Positions 39,763 to 50,717 of a stretch of 64,000 nucleotides of DNA are shown here, one piece after another (within the stretch, counting starts at the first letter, position 1; every line of letters starts with the position of its first letter). A program made the position numbers and the translations under genes. The DNA comes from Candidatus Latescibacterota bacterium (GTDB taxonomy: Bacteria > Latescibacterota > UBA2968 > UBA8231). The stretch is taken from positions 1,024,001 to 1,088,000 of the forward strand of contig CBDFJF010000001.1 of the NCBI GenBank assembly GCA_965248265.1, in the 5' to 3' direction. The notes under the pieces were generated by a model, which saw only the letters and a program-made list of their open reading frames with translations, did not search any database and was not told the DNA's origin.

Positions 39763-41571
39763 GTGACAAAGAGACTTTCAGGACATTCGGCCCACATCGA
39801 GGCGATTCTCAACACGGTTGGGGAGGGCATTATCACAGCGGATACGGAGCAGGTGATCCTGCTAGCCAATCAGGAAGCGGAGAGGATCTTCGGGTATCAG
39901 CAAGATGAACTCTATGGAGTAACGCTCCAGGCGTTGATGCCCGAGAAATACCGCGCCCGCCATCACACCGGTTTTTCCAGGGCCGTTTCAAGCCAAGAGC
40001 TTCTGACATCCGGAAAATACCTGGAACTCGAGGGGCTCCGGAAAGACGGAGAGGTTTTTCCACTGGAGATTCGCTTTACATCTCTCATAGTGGAAGGTGA
40101 ACGATTCTTCACTGCATCGGTTCGAGACATCACGGCTCGGAAGCGCGCACAGGCGTTGCGGCACGATGCCGAAGTAGCAGCTACGGAGGCAGAGCAAGCG
40201 AACGAGGCCAAGAGCGCCTTTCTCGCCAACATGAGTCACGAACTTCGCTCACCGCTCAACGCAATCATCGGGTTCAGCCAACTGCTGCAACGCAGTGACG
40301 AAGTTGGCGAGGGGCAGCGCGAAAGTGTGCGAATCATAGGTCGTAGCGGTGAGCATCTCTTGGCGCTTATCAATGATGTGCTGGAGATGTCTCGGATCGA
40401 GGCAGGACGCACGGTGCTCGAAGAGAGCGCCTTTGACCTGCCCGGGTTGATCAACAGCATAGTCGATATGTTCCGGCTCACAGCCCAGGACAAAGGACTG
40501 CAGCTGAGTTGTGTCCTGGGCGAAGAGGTGCCGCGCTACGCGTACGCCGACGAGGGCAAGTTGCGCCAAATCTTGATCAATCTGCTCGGCAACGCCATAA
40601 AATTTACCCAGGTGGGTGGGGTTCATGTGGAGGTCCACTCCAGTGCGGGACGACTGATCGTGGAGGTTGCTGACAGTGGCCCCGGCATCGCCCCCGAGGA
40701 ACTGGAGACGCTCTTCGACGTCTTTGTGCAGACCCAGTCTGGACGCCAAACGCACACTGGCACCGGGCTTGGCCTGGCCATCAGCCAGCGCTTTGCTCAG
40801 TTGATGGGCGGCGACATCGAGGTGGACAGCGCAGTGGACCGGGGCTCGACCTTCCGACTCGAACAACCGCTGGCTCCGGCACAAGCCAACGACCTGCCAT
40901 CTTCAGAAGTGGACAGAAAAGTCCTGCACCTGGCGGACGGCCAGGCCGAGTGGCGTATTCTAGCGGTCGATGACCAGGCAGACACTCGCCGGCTGCTGCG
41001 CCAGGTATTGGAGCCGCTGGGGTTTCAAGTGCGCGAGGCCTCCGACGGCCAAGAGGGCATCCAGGTGTGGCGGGAATGGCAGCCCCAGCTGATCTGGATG
41101 GACATGCGCATGCCGGTCATGGATGGGTACGAGGCGACGCGCCAGATCAGGGAGAGCGTGGAGGGTAAAGGAACGAGGATCATCGCCCTGACAGCCAATG
41201 CCTTCGAGGAGGACCGCCAGAAGGTGCTCGATGCCGGCTGTGACGACTTCGTACGCAAGCCGTTCCGCGAGGCAGAGCTGTTCGAAAAGATGGTGACTTA
41301 CCTGGGGGTGTCTTTTGTCTATGCCGATGACGATCTCTCTTCCGAGGAAACCGTCGAGCTGGATGGTGAGGCGCTGGAGGTGATGCCCGAATCCTGGCGA
41401 CAGGCAGTGAGGCAGGCCGCACTCACGGCAGATGGGGAAGCGCTGAACGACCTCATTGAAGTCATTCCTCTCAAGGAAGCTCTCCTGTCTCAACAGTTGC
41501 GCGAGATGGTACGAGACTTTCGCTTCAGAGAGCTCATCAGACTGACCACCGACCCTCCAGGATCCTCTTGA
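39763..41571 (+). CDS. Hybrid sensor histidine kinase (PAS-HisKA-HATPase-REC)
   Basis: PAS (RKDG.VFP.E); FLANMSHELRSPLN; NAIKFT; DSGPGI; GTGLGL; WMDMRMP. Confidence 0.95.
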   Translation: MTKRLSGHSAHIEAILNTVGEGIITADTEQVILLANQEAERIFGYQQDELYGVTLQALMPEKYRARHHTGFSRAVSSQELLTSGKYLELEGLRKDGEVFPLEIRFTSLIVEGERFFTASVRDITARKRAQALRHDAEVAATEAEQANEAKSAFLANMSHELRSPLNAIIGFSQLLQRSDEVGEGQRESVRIIGRSGEHLLALINDVLEMSRIEAGRTVLEESAFDLPGLINSIVDMFRLTAQDKGLQLSCVLGEEVPRYAYADEGKLRQILINLLGNAIKFTQVGGVHVEVHSSAGRLIVEVADSGPGIAPEELETLFDVFVQTQSGRQTHTGTGLGLAISQRFAQLMGGDIEVDSAVDRGSTFRLEQPLAPAQANDLPSSEVDRKVLHLADGQAEWRILAVDDQADTRRLLRQVLEPLGFQVREASDGQEGIQVWREWQPQLIWMDMRMPVMDGYEATRQIRESVEGKGTRIIALTANAFEEDRQKVLDAGCDDFVRKPFREAELFEKMVTYLGVSFVYADDDLSSEETVELDGEALEVMPESWRQAVRQAALTADGEALNDLIEVIPLKEALLSQQLREMVRDFRFRELIRLTTDPPGSS

Positions 41572-41666
41572 CGCATCGCCACAGCGTGCCGGAGACGCAC
41601 ACACGTGAGACGGTGGGTTTCGACTCACCATCTCGGATCAGGACGGCTGAGCGGCAAGGTCAATCT

Positions 41667-43175
41667 ATGACTTCACGACCTGTTGGATTCAATCTGCGCC
41701 TTGTGCTTCTCATCCTCTCGTTCTGCTTCCCGTTCAGCATAGAAGCGTCCGAGGAAGTGCCGTTGGCACCATGCGGCGACAAGATCGACATCAACGGCGC
41801 CGAATGCGGCATGCTGGAGGTGTACGAGAACCGGGCAGCTGGCACGGGTCGGCGAATTTCACTGAATATTGCAGTACTGCCTGCGCTGAGTCGGGAGCGT
41901 CAACCGGATCCGCTGTTCATGCTGGCGGGCGGCCCGGGAATGGCTGCGAGCTTTCTTGCATCGACGGCCGACGGGGCGATGCGGAGAATCCGCGAGAAAC
42001 GGGATATCGTGCTCGTCGATCAGCGCGGTACAGGTGACTCGCATCCCCTCGATTGCGAAGCACTCGATCCCGACTCCACCTACTACATGCTGGAAGGTGA
42101 TTTCCAGCTGCAGCCGATGAAAGATTGCCTGGAGGAACTACTCCAGGACGCCGATGTTCGGCATTACACCACGCCGGTGGCCATGGACGATCTCGACGAC
42201 GTGCGCGAGGCGCTCGGTTACGATCAGATCAATCTTTGGGGCGGATCGTACGGATCCCGGGCTGCCCTGGTATACCTGCGGCGCCATCCTGAGCACGTGC
42301 GCGCCGTTATCGTCGACGGGCTGGCGCCCATGGCGCTGCAGTTACCCCGTTATATCGGTGAGGACGCGGCGCGCGCCCTGGAGTTGATGCTCGCCGATTG
42401 TGAGCAGGATCCCGACTGCAGCAGCGCCTTTCCCCAGCTTCGCGACAAGTGGACTCAGCTGCTGACACGGCTGGAAGCGGAGCCTGACCAGGTGCGGTTG
42501 GCGCACCCACGTACAGGCGAGATCGATGAATTCACGATCACCCGAATTGGTGTTGTGGCCCTAGTCCGCGCCACGCTGTACGTGGCCGAGGCAAGCACGC
42601 TGCTACCACTGATTATCGAGCGTGCACACGAGCGCGACTATGCGCCGCTGCTGGCACTCGCCGACCCGTGGGCTGATGTCGCGGAGGCGATGAGCGTGGG
42701 CATGCTGTTCTCGGTTCTGTGCAGCGAGGATATCAGTAGAATCAGCGAGGAGGAACGGCAAGATTTGTCTGATGAGCCGCTGTTTGGCAGCACCATCATG
42801 GACCAATGGGGTTCGGTGTGCGATTTCTGGCCGTTGGCAGAATTGCCACCTGGTTATCACGAGCCCGTGATCTCGGACAAACCTGTGCTGGTACTGTCGG
42901 GCGAGCTCGATCCAGTCACACCACCCCGTTGGGGCGGGCTCACTGCGCAGCACCTCTCGAACTCCAAGCACGTCGTCGTCCCCGGCGTCGCCCATGGCAC
43001 ATTGGGCACTGGGTGCATACCCAGAATGATGGCTCAGTTCGTCGACAGCGCCAGTTTGGACGGTCTGGACACACAGTGCGTTGAGGAACTCAAGCGCCCA
43101 ATGTTCTTTCGCTCATTTGCCGGACCACGCGTGGGCACTGTTGAAACGACGAAGTCCGGAGGTCAGGCCGAGTGA
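41667..43175 (+). CDS. Secreted alpha/beta hydrolase (TAP-like peptidase)
   Basis: AGGPG, DQRGTG, GGSYG, DPVTP, H; signal peptide. Confidence 0.9.
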   Translation: MTSRPVGFNLRLVLLILSFCFPFSIEASEEVPLAPCGDKIDINGAECGMLEVYENRAAGTGRRISLNIAVLPALSRERQPDPLFMLAGGPGMAASFLASTADGAMRRIREKRDIVLVDQRGTGDSHPLDCEALDPDSTYYMLEGDFQLQPMKDCLEELLQDADVRHYTTPVAMDDLDDVREALGYDQINLWGGSYGSRAALVYLRRHPEHVRAVIVDGLAPMALQLPRYIGEDAARALELMLADCEQDPDCSSAFPQLRDKWTQLLTRLEAEPDQVRLAHPRTGEIDEFTITRIGVVALVRATLYVAEASTLLPLIIERAHERDYAPLLALADPWADVAEAMSVGMLFSVLCSEDISRISEEERQDLSDEPLFGSTIMDQWGSVCDFWPLAELPPGYHEPVISDKPVLVLSGELDPVTPPRWGGLTAQHLSNSKHVVVPGVAHGTLGTGCIPRMMAQFVDSASLDGLDTQCVEELKRPMFFRSFAGPRVGTVETTKSGGQAE

Positions 43176-43912
43176 TCGAGGTCAAGGGACTCAAGAAGCG
43201 CTTCGGCGACGTCGTCGCTGTGGATGGCATTGACTTTCAGGTACCTGACGGAGCGGTGACTGGGTTGCTGGGGCCCAATGGCGCCGGCAAGACGACGACC
43301 TTGCGCATGCTCTACGGTCTGATGGCACCCGACGCGGGACACCTGACTGTCGATGGTATCGACGTAAGCCAGGAGCCCCAGTCAGCGCAGGCGCGCATGG
43401 GGGTACTGCCGGATCAGCAAGGACTCTACCCCCGGCTTACAGCACGCGAGCACCTGCGGTACTTCGGCCAATTGCACAGCATGGGGCCCGAACTGGGGCG
43501 CAGAGTAGACGAACTCATTGAGCTGCTGGACATGGGCGATATCGCTGACCGCAAGGCGCAGGGCTACTCCAATGGCGAGCGCATGAAGGTTTCACTCGGG
43601 CGCGCTCTGGTCCACGATCCAGGCACCGTCCTGCTCGACGAGCCAACGAATGGACTCGACGTGCAGAGTACCCGGGCGGTCAGAGAGCTGATCAGGCGCA
43701 TGCGGCAGCAGGGCAAGTGCGTGTTGTTCTCCAGTCACATCATGCAGGAGGTGTCTGCGTTGTGCGACGACATCATCATCATGGCCGATGGGCGGATTGT
43801 CGCCGAGGGCACTCAGGACCAATTACGGCAGCAGAGTGGACATGAGAACCTGGAGGATGCCTTCGTTACCCTCACCGGCATGGATGATGTCAGTGGTGGA
43901 GGGCAGTCATGA
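43172..43912 (+). CDS. ABC exporter ATP-binding protein (NatA-like)
   Basis: GPNGAGKT, YSNGE, LLDEPTNGLD, SSH. Confidence 0.94.
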   Translation: MIEVKGLKKRFGDVVAVDGIDFQVPDGAVTGLLGPNGAGKTTTLRMLYGLMAPDAGHLTVDGIDVSQEPQSAQARMGVLPDQQGLYPRLTAREHLRYFGQLHSMGPELGRRVDELIELLDMGDIADRKAQGYSNGERMKVSLGRALVHDPGTVLLDEPTNGLDVQSTRAVRELIRRMRQQGKCVLFSSHIMQEVSALCDDIIIMADGRIVAEGTQDQLRQQSGHENLEDAFVTLTGMDDVSGGGQS

Positions 43913-45087
43913 ACCGCAGCCTAGGCCCTCTCTTCGTGGTCTGGCGCAAGGAAGTCAAGGACGGCCTGCGCGACCGGCGCTCCGTGCTTTCCGCACTGCT
44001 GTTCCCTGTGCTGATGCCTTTTCTGATCACGGCGCTGTTCCAGGTCATAGCCAATCGGGAGCGCGAGGCCCAGGACATCGACATTCCCGTTGTGGGAGCG
44101 GAGCAGGCGCCCGATCTGATCGACTTCATCAAGCGCCGTGGGTACGGAGTGGTGGCGGGACCGCAAGACGCGGAAAAGGCGGTGCGCGACAAGGTACACG
44201 ACTTCGTCCTGGTCATTCCCGAGGATTTTGCCGAGGACTTTGCCCTCGCCAAGAAGGCGGAGATTGAACTCGTCTACGATGGCTCGCGCAAGGAAGCGTC
44301 GTCAGCAACTGGACGCGTGCGAGGCGTTGTCGGGGAGTACAGCCGTATGGTGGGATCACTGCGACTTGTCGCTCGCGGAATAAGCCCGGTCGTCAGTCGC
44401 CCGGTATCAATAAAGAACGTCGATGTGGTGTCGGCGCGTAAACGAGCTGCCAACCTGTTTACCTTCATCCCCATGTTCGTGATTATGGCCGCCTTCATGG
44501 CCGGGATGAACATGGCCATCGACACCACCGCTGGTGAACGCGAGCGCTCATCGCTCGAACCCTTGCTGGTGAATCCGGTTGCACGCTCCACCATCGTGTT
44601 GGGCAAGTGGCTGGCCACGGCGTTGTTCTCCAGCGTGGGCATTCTGCTGACGATGGCGAGTCTGACCTTCGCGTTGAGCCGTGTCCCTCTGCACCAGCTT
44701 GGAATTCAGCTACAGGTCGGCACGGTTGAAGTCGTTGGCATGCTGGTGGCCACCCTTCCCCTGGCGCTTTCGGCAGCGGGGCTGCAGATCCTGCTGGCCA
44801 CCTTCGCTCGCTCCTTCAAGGAAGCGCAGACCTATGCCTCGCTGCTGATCATCATCCCCATGGTGCCCCACTTCGTGGCCTCGCTCTACTCCCTGGGAAG
44901 CGAGTGGTGGATGCTGCCAATCCCGGCACTTGGCCAGCAAGTGTTGTTGACCGATGTCCTGGGAGGCGAATCCGTGACCGTGGCCTCCTTCCTGGCAGTC
45001 GGGCTTTCCTCAGCAGTGATCGGCCTGCTTTGTGTGGCTGTCACATCGAAGCTGTTCGAGCGGGAGCGTATCGTCTTCGGAAACTGA
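43909..45087 (+). CDS. ABC exporter permease (NatB-like)
   Basis: KE..D.LRDRR, AID.TAGERER.SLEPLL..P, ARSFKEAQ. Confidence 0.92.
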   Translation: MNRSLGPLFVVWRKEVKDGLRDRRSVLSALLFPVLMPFLITALFQVIANREREAQDIDIPVVGAEQAPDLIDFIKRRGYGVVAGPQDAEKAVRDKVHDFVLVIPEDFAEDFALAKKAEIELVYDGSRKEASSATGRVRGVVGEYSRMVGSLRLVARGISPVVSRPVSIKNVDVVSARKRAANLFTFIPMFVIMAAFMAGMNMAIDTTAGERERSSLEPLLVNPVARSTIVLGKWLATALFSSVGILLTMASLTFALSRVPLHQLGIQLQVGTVEVVGMLVATLPLALSAAGLQILLATFARSFKEAQTYASLLIIIPMVPHFVASLYSLGSEWWMLPIPALGQQVLLTDVLGGESVTVASFLAVGLSSAVIGLLCVAVTSKLFERERIVFGN

Positions 45088-45958
45088 ACGATCAGCCGAA
45101 ATGAATGAACGTGACCAACAGACTCGGCTTTGCAATTGCTTCGCAGGGGCTACAATCGAATTGTGCACGCGGAATGTGGCTGAGTAGGGTTGCTCTGCAG
45201 GTTGGAGGATGTGTCATGATTGCGGTAGGTCTGTTCGCCGCAACCATTGCACCACTTGAGTTCTCCCTCTTCAAGAACATCCCGAAGAATCTCGACGGCT
45301 TTGGCTACTTGGGGTTTGCAGCCCATTCAGGCCAGATTTTTGGGTTCTATCTCGTTGCTGTTGTGCTTGTTCCGTTGGGGTACGGTCATCTGCTGCTCAG
45401 ACCCTGGGCACACAAACTCAGCATAACGGTGTTGTGGTCTTGGCTCATATTAGGCATCCCCTGCATGGCATTGGTGACATCGATTTTTGTCGCCTCCAAG
45501 GACCCTACAGATCTGGGCACGTTAGTGTTTGGTGCCTTTGTTCTTTTCTTCTATCCAGCCTTGCCTACCACGCTAGTCTTGCTATATCGCAGTCCAAAGA
45601 CACGATCACAGTTTCAAACGCCTCGAGACTGCTCTGCTTGGATCGCGACTACACCCCTGCCGGTGCTAATTCTTGGTACGGTAGCGACCTTCTATGTCTT
45701 TGCGCTTCACGTGCCACTCTTTCTGAATGGCGTTGTCCCGTTTGGATGTGGTTTTCGCTCGGGCATTGAGGGGTACATTATCGCCAGTGCTGCCATTCTA
45801 TGTCTAACCTTCGTAGCTTGGGGATTGTTCAACTGTCGTCGTTGGGCATGGTTCGGCGGAGTGATTTGTTTTGCTTCGATGGCGGTGGAGTTTGATACTT
45901 CCCCAAGAGAGTGGACACCTCGAAGCGCCAAGTTAAATTTCTGGCAGGAGGTGTTCTT

Positions 45959-46246
45959 ATGTCACGCAAGTATGATCGTGAGTTTAAGCTCGAGGCCATT
46001 CGCCTGGCCGCAGAAGAAGGGGTATCGGCCCGAGGGGTCGAGCAACGATTGGGTTTAAGTGCAGGCATTATCAGTCGTTGGAAGAGAGAATTGAAGGTCC
46101 AAGGAGATGAAGCCTTCCCAGGTACCGGCCATTTAGGTGATCACGACGAGGAGGTCCGCCGTTTGCGGCGTGAGCTGGCGCGGGTGTCCCAGGAACGAGA
46201 TATCCTAAAAAAGGCGGCGGCCTTCTTCGCCAACGAGTCCAGATGA
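45959..46246 (+). CDS. IS3 transposase OrfA
   Basis: Identical to copy 1; AAAAAAG at 46207-46213. Confidence 0.93.
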   Translation: MSRKYDREFKLEAIRLAAEEGVSARGVEQRLGLSAGIISRWKRELKVQGDEAFPGTGHLGDHDEEVRRLRRELARVSQERDILKKAAAFFANESR

Positions 46247-47112
46247 GGTATCGCTTCATCGAGGTGGAGAAGGCGATGTACCCGGTCACTATGTTGTGTC
46301 GCGTGCTGCGGGTGTCGCGTAGCGGTTTCTACGCCTGGCAGCAGCGCCCGATCAGTCCTCGAGCTGAGCAGACTCGGCGACTGGATGTCGAGATCAACAA
46401 GTTGTTTGAAGCCAGCAAGCGGCGCTCCGGTAGCCCAAAGATCACCCGCGCCCTGATAGACGGAGGCTGGCAGGTGGGCGAGAATCGCGTTGCACGGCGC
46501 ATGCGTGTGTTGGGTCTGCGTTCGATTGTGCGACGCCGTTTCAAGGTGACGACCAACTCGCAACATCGATTTGCGGTGGCGCCGAACCGTTTGCAGCGCG
46601 ATTTCACCGCACAGCGCCCCAATCAAGTGTGGGTCAGCGACCTGACCTACCTCAGCGTCGGTCGCGGCTGGTTGTATTTGGTCGTCGTCATCGACCTGTA
46701 CTCCAGGCGCGTGGTGGGTTGGGCGTTGAGCTCGGCACTGGATCACCGCGTGGCGCTGGTCGCGCTGCAGCGGGCTGTAGCTCAACGTCGTCCGCCGAGG
46801 GGTCTGATCATCCATTCCGATCGCGGCGTTCAATACGCCTGCACCGCGTTCACTAACTGGGTCAGCAAACACGGCTTTGTGCAGAGTATGAGCCGTAAGG
46901 GCGACTGCTGGGATAACGCCGTGGCTGAGTCCTTCTTCCATCTGCTCAAGACCGAGTTGACCTACCACGAACACTGGCTCAACTACCGGGCCGCGTATCG
47001 CAGCCTGTTCGACTACATCGAGATTTTTTACAATCGAGAAAGGAGTCATTCCACCCTGGATTACGCAACACCCGCAGCATTCGAGCAGCATTCAACCAAA
47101 CTTGCTGCTTGA
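46243..47112 (+). CDS. IS3 transposase OrfB
   Basis: DDE motifs; identical translation to copy 1. Confidence 0.96.
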   Translation: MRYRFIEVEKAMYPVTMLCRVLRVSRSGFYAWQQRPISPRAEQTRRLDVEINKLFEASKRRSGSPKITRALIDGGWQVGENRVARRMRVLGLRSIVRRRFKVTTNSQHRFAVAPNRLQRDFTAQRPNQVWVSDLTYLSVGRGWLYLVVVIDLYSRRVVGWALSSALDHRVALVALQRAVAQRRPPRGLIIHSDRGVQYACTAFTNWVSKHGFVQSMSRKGDCWDNAVAESFFHLLKTELTYHEHWLNYRAAYRSLFDYIEIFYNRERSHSTLDYATPAAFEQHSTKLAA

Positions 47113-47469
47113 CGGTGTCCATTTTTCCGGGGGAGTATCAGTTCGCTGTCGCATTCTTGTGCGCCGGTTCGTCAGAGTTCTTGCGACACCTCGGCGTACA
47201 TGATCCGAACCCAACCCTTGTCGAGCTTCAGTTTCCAAGCGCGCAGATCGCACTGCTCTTGGTGCTACCGACCGTGGCCACCTTGTTTACGATGTTGCTT
47301 AACCGTAAATACTTTGATCGAACCGCCACAAGAGCGGAGCTTGTGGTAGGTGTGTTGGCCTTCGTAATCCTGATTCGGTTTGGGTTTGCATCTTGAGCCC
47401 AGAGCACCTAGAACCGATCGCTCCACCACATATGGCCATTCGAAAATCCGTCATCCTCGAGAATGGGAC

Positions 47470-47929
47470 TTCCCTCGACATGTTCGTGATGTACGCCTCG
47501 CCCGGATCTCCCGTCAACTCGACAACGCGTAGCGGATAACCAAAGACATCCGTCGACTCGGACATGAACCGCCGACGACGATCATCCTCACCGCTACCTC
47601 CTGACAGGGCTTTGAGCCAAGGATGGTAGGCGTAAAATTTCTTTTTGAGATCCCTGACCCTCATCTCGAGCTGCTCCGGCGTCAGCTCACGAAAGAATCT
47701 GCAGACGACGTGATGCGATCCCTCTACAATGAGGGTGGCTGAGCCCGCCCGGGTAGGAGACCATCCACGTCGAGGGGTCCTCCCTGTCCATGCCATGCTT
47801 CTCCAACCGACGCCAAACGAGATCCACCATCTCAGTAGCATCTTCCCGCGTGAAGGCCCGAACTTTGATGTAACCACGCACCTTGAATTGTTCGATCTCC
47901 TGTTCGGTCAGTGGGCCGTCAGTCTGCAT
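47470..47929 (-). pseudogene. Decayed PhyH-family dioxygenase
   Basis: LTEQEIEQFKVRGYI...DPSTW in one frame; TLIVEGSHH...ELTGDPGEAYI in another; the HxD core is missing. Confidence 0.65.
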
Positions 47930-47998
47930 ACGTTACCATGCTCTTCGCTGATGGATTGCCGTGTTTCGATGTTCCCCGCGCGCCTGCACTGGGCACCG

Positions 47999-49060
47999 TC
48001 ACTCCCCAGGTGCATCATCCAGATCCTTGTTTGGCTGTAATAACGACAGGCTCATATCCAGTCTTAGCCGAAGGTTGTCATTCATATCACGTGCCTGTAG
48101 AGAAACCGTCGGATCTTCTCTGTCCCAGTCAATGACGATGAGAGCGAACCCAGGCTCATTCAGGAATGGTCCCACACGATAACGGTTGTTCTCAGCTTTG
48201 AGGCTGCTGTAGGAATGGGTCAGGCCACTGGCTGTGAAATCGATCAATGGGTATCGCACACTCTGGTCGTTGACCACAGAGATTTCATGGATATGGCGGT
48301 CGCCGGAGAGCAGCATCACGCCACCTTTGTAACTCTCGCGGATCATCTCCAACAGGCGACGCCTGCTCTGTGGATAATTCCCCCAGTTTTCGAAGCGCTG
48401 GTCTAGTGCCAGCATCTGAGTCCCGGAACCGATAAAGATGAATTGAGCGGTCGAGGCGTTCAGTTCAGTGCGCAAGAAATCCCATTGCGCTTCTCCGAGA
48501 ATATCCGCATCCGGCCCCGGTTTGTCTGCGAAGTATCGGTTGTCGAGCAATATGAACTCTACCTGTCTGCCTGGGGGTCCGAAGGTGTACGCCGCATAGG
48601 CGCCATCTCGAGAGCGTCGAGGGGAATGATCGGGCTCCTCGAGAAAGTCGAGGAGCAACTGTTGGCTCTCTTTTTTCTTCGGGTACCACTTCCCCGAATT
48701 GTTCTCCCCATAGTCATGGTCGTCCCATGTGCCGACTATGGGATGGGTCTTGCGAAATTCAGCGTAGTCCTCACGGTTGAACTGCGCATCGTACGTGCGC
48801 CTCATGACCTCCATGTCCTCGGTGTCGGCATAGATGTTGTCACCGAGCCAGAGCCAGAGATCTATGTTGTGTTGGCTGAGAATACTCCACTGCGGCTGCG
48901 GAGCGTCCTGTCGATTACACGAACCAAGTCCGATGCGGGTAATCGGTTGTTTGAAATCGAGCGGATAGTGGGCGAGGGCCGATTCCGCTGATAGGATCAG
49001 GACCAGAGAAGCAGCGAGGGTATACAGCAGCAGCGACGTGCGCCGACATGGGCTGACCGG
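47999..49060 (-). CDS. phoD: Alkaline phosphatase D
   Basis: GSCN, WLGDNIYAD, WDDHDYG.N, LDNRY, SGDRH; signal peptide. Start codon uncertain (nearest ATG at about 49049 is out of frame). Confidence 0.9.
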   Translation of the reverse strand, partial: PVSPCRRTSLLLYTLAASLVLILSAESALAHYPLDFKQPITRIGLGSCNRQDAPQPQWSILSQHNIDLWLWLGDNIYADTEDMEVMRRTYDAQFNREDYAEFRKTHPIVGTWDDHDYGENNSGKWYPKKKESQQLLLDFLEEPDHSPRRSRDGAYAAYTFGPPGRQVEFILLDNRYFADKPGPDADILGEAQWDFLRTELNASTAQFIFIGSGTQMLALDQRFENWGNYPQSRRRLLEMIRESYKGGVMLLSGDRHIHEISVVNDQSVRYPLIDFTASGLTHSYSSLKAENNRYRVGPFLNEPGFALIVIDWDREDPTVSLQARDMNDNLRLRLDMSLSLLQPNKDLDDAPGE

Positions 49061-49179
49061 TTGTCGATCCAATTTCCCTCTTCCTGATTTCAGGCGTAAG
49101 CAATGGCCTGATAACGATGTATGCGCCGAATAATGACTGACATTGCGGAACAGTAATCCCTTGCTTGTAAGCATAACGC

Positions 49180-49208
49180 TTGTCGCTTAACGTTTCCCGT
49201 TATATATT
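49180..49208 (+). promoter_or_regulatory. Sigma-70 promoter with palindromic operator for higBA
   Basis: TTGTCG-17 bp-TATATT; TAACG-N5-CGTTA at 49188-49202 inside the spacer. Confidence 0.7.
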
Positions 49209-49214
49209 GTCCGT

Positions 49215-49496
49215 ATGATACGATCCTTCAAAGATCGAGAGTCTGAACGAATCTTTGAACGCATCCGATCCCGGAAACTGCCTGGCAATATTCAACAGAG
49301 CGCTCTTAGGAAGCTTCGCATGCTCAACCGGTCATCGACACTAGCGGATCTCCGAGTACCTCCTGCTAATCGACTTGAAAAACTACGCGGAGATCGCGCT
49401 GGTCAATATAGCATCCGGATCAATGATCAGTGGCGCATCTGCTTCTCATGGCGGAACGGAAACGCTCACAACGTCGAAATCGTCGACTATCACTAG
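49215..49496 (+). CDS. higB: HigB toxin (RelE/ParE family, plasmid maintenance killer)
   Basis: MIRSFKD...PPANRLEKLRGDRAGQYSIRINDQWRICF...EIVDYH. Confidence 0.95.
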   Translation: MIRSFKDRESERIFERIRSRKLPGNIQQSALRKLRMLNRSSTLADLRVPPANRLEKLRGDRAGQYSIRINDQWRICFSWRNGNAHNVEIVDYH

Positions 49497-49506
49497 GAAT
49501 AAGCTT

Positions 49507-49812
49507 ATGTGTGCTCAGAAATTGGCTCCTGTTCATCCAGGTGAAGTTTTGTTGGAGGAGTTCCTGAAGCCTATGGACCTAAGTCAAAACCGGCTTGCAC
49601 TCGCCATTGGTGTCCCCCCCCGCCGGATCAATGAGATCGTCTTGGGCAAGCGAGGCATCACTGCTGATACCGCCCTGAGATTAGCGCGCTACTTCAACAT
49701 GACTCCCCAATTCTGGATGGGCATTCAGATGGACTATGCACTCGATGTGGCCGAAGACGAACTGTCAGAGCGGCTCGAGCGAGAGGTGCGCCCCTACTTG
49801 GAGACTGGGTGA
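49507..49812 (+). CDS. higA: HigA antitoxin (HTH)
   Basis: PVHPGEVLLEEFL...RINEIV.GKRGITADTALRL. Confidence 0.95.
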   Translation: MCAQKLAPVHPGEVLLEEFLKPMDLSQNRLALAIGVPPRRINEIVLGKRGITADTALRLARYFNMTPQFWMGIQMDYALDVAEDELSERLEREVRPYLETG

Positions 49813-49830
49813 TCGTACCCGTCTGATCGC

Positions 49831-50717
49831 ATGTCACTGGCCATCGCCTATCCACGATCACCTGGCGCGATGCTTTCTCCGCCGCCCTGCGCGATATTGC
49901 CGAAGCTGGCTTCACCGCCTTTGAGACATTCACGCTGCCGCCGAGAGCAGGCGAATCGTGGGTTGGGTACGTGGAACGAATCTCCAGTGCGTACACGGAG
50001 ACTCCCGACACCTACCTGGAGACGCAGTCCTACGCGACACCTCAGCAGCTCACCGCCTGTTCGAACCAGTTCAATCTCAAACTCGCCTCCATGTACTGTT
50101 CCGGGCAGTTCATCGATCCGGCGCTCGTGGACGCCGAGATCCAGGCGATTCTGGTAGCGGCCCGCTTCGTGCGCTCAGCCGGGTGCCGCCATCTCGTCAT
50201 CGGCGGAGGCATGAATTCAAGGGGTCGTTACGAGGATGACGACTACGCGCGGCTGGTCACGGCGCTACACACTATCGGTCGCGGCTGCCGCGACTTCGGC
50301 ATCACCGCCTGTTACCACCCCCATTCGGGAACCATGGTCGAGACGGCAGCTCAGTTGGAGAGATTCTGCGCTGAGACGGACCCGAGCCTGATTGCCCTGG
50401 CCCCCGACGTGGCGCACCTGGTTCGCGGCGGAGCCGACCCGGTCGAGACCATACGCCGTTACTCGGACCGTATTCAGTACGTCCACCTCAAGGACATCAA
50501 AGACGACGAATTTGTCGAACTCGGAGAAGGCACCGTCGATCTTCCGGGCGTGGTGGCAACCCTGAAAGACATCGGCTTCTCCGGCTGGGCGGTCGTCGAA
50601 CTCGACGACACGACCCGTACCCCACTGGAGAGTGCCGCGATCAGCTACCGATACCTGCGCGATCGGTTGGACGTTGCCCCCGGCCACGGACACATTCGCA
50701 CCTCGGGCTCTACATGA
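49831..50717 (+). CDS. Sugar phosphate isomerase/epimerase (IolE-like TIM barrel), frameshift at about 49850
   Basis: MSLAIAY / ITW...GF.AFE, YHPH, D.AH, HLKD, ELGEG, VELD. Confidence 0.8.

Larger units (their letters stand above)
45893..47140 (+). mobile_element. IS3-family insertion sequence, copy 2, with 3-bp target duplication GTT
   Basis: Same IRs as copy 1; GTT at 45890-45892 and 47141-47143. Confidence 0.97.
45105..47396 (+). pseudogene. Multi-pass membrane protein interrupted by IS3 copy 2
   Basis: Removing the IS and one GTT restores the frame ...ASMAVE-F-AVAFLCAG... through to the stop at 47396. Confidence 0.85.

Noticed and set aside
5694-47140. Composite transposon bounded by the two IS3 copies
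   Set aside because: Copy 2 has its own target duplication inside a gene, so it inserted independently.
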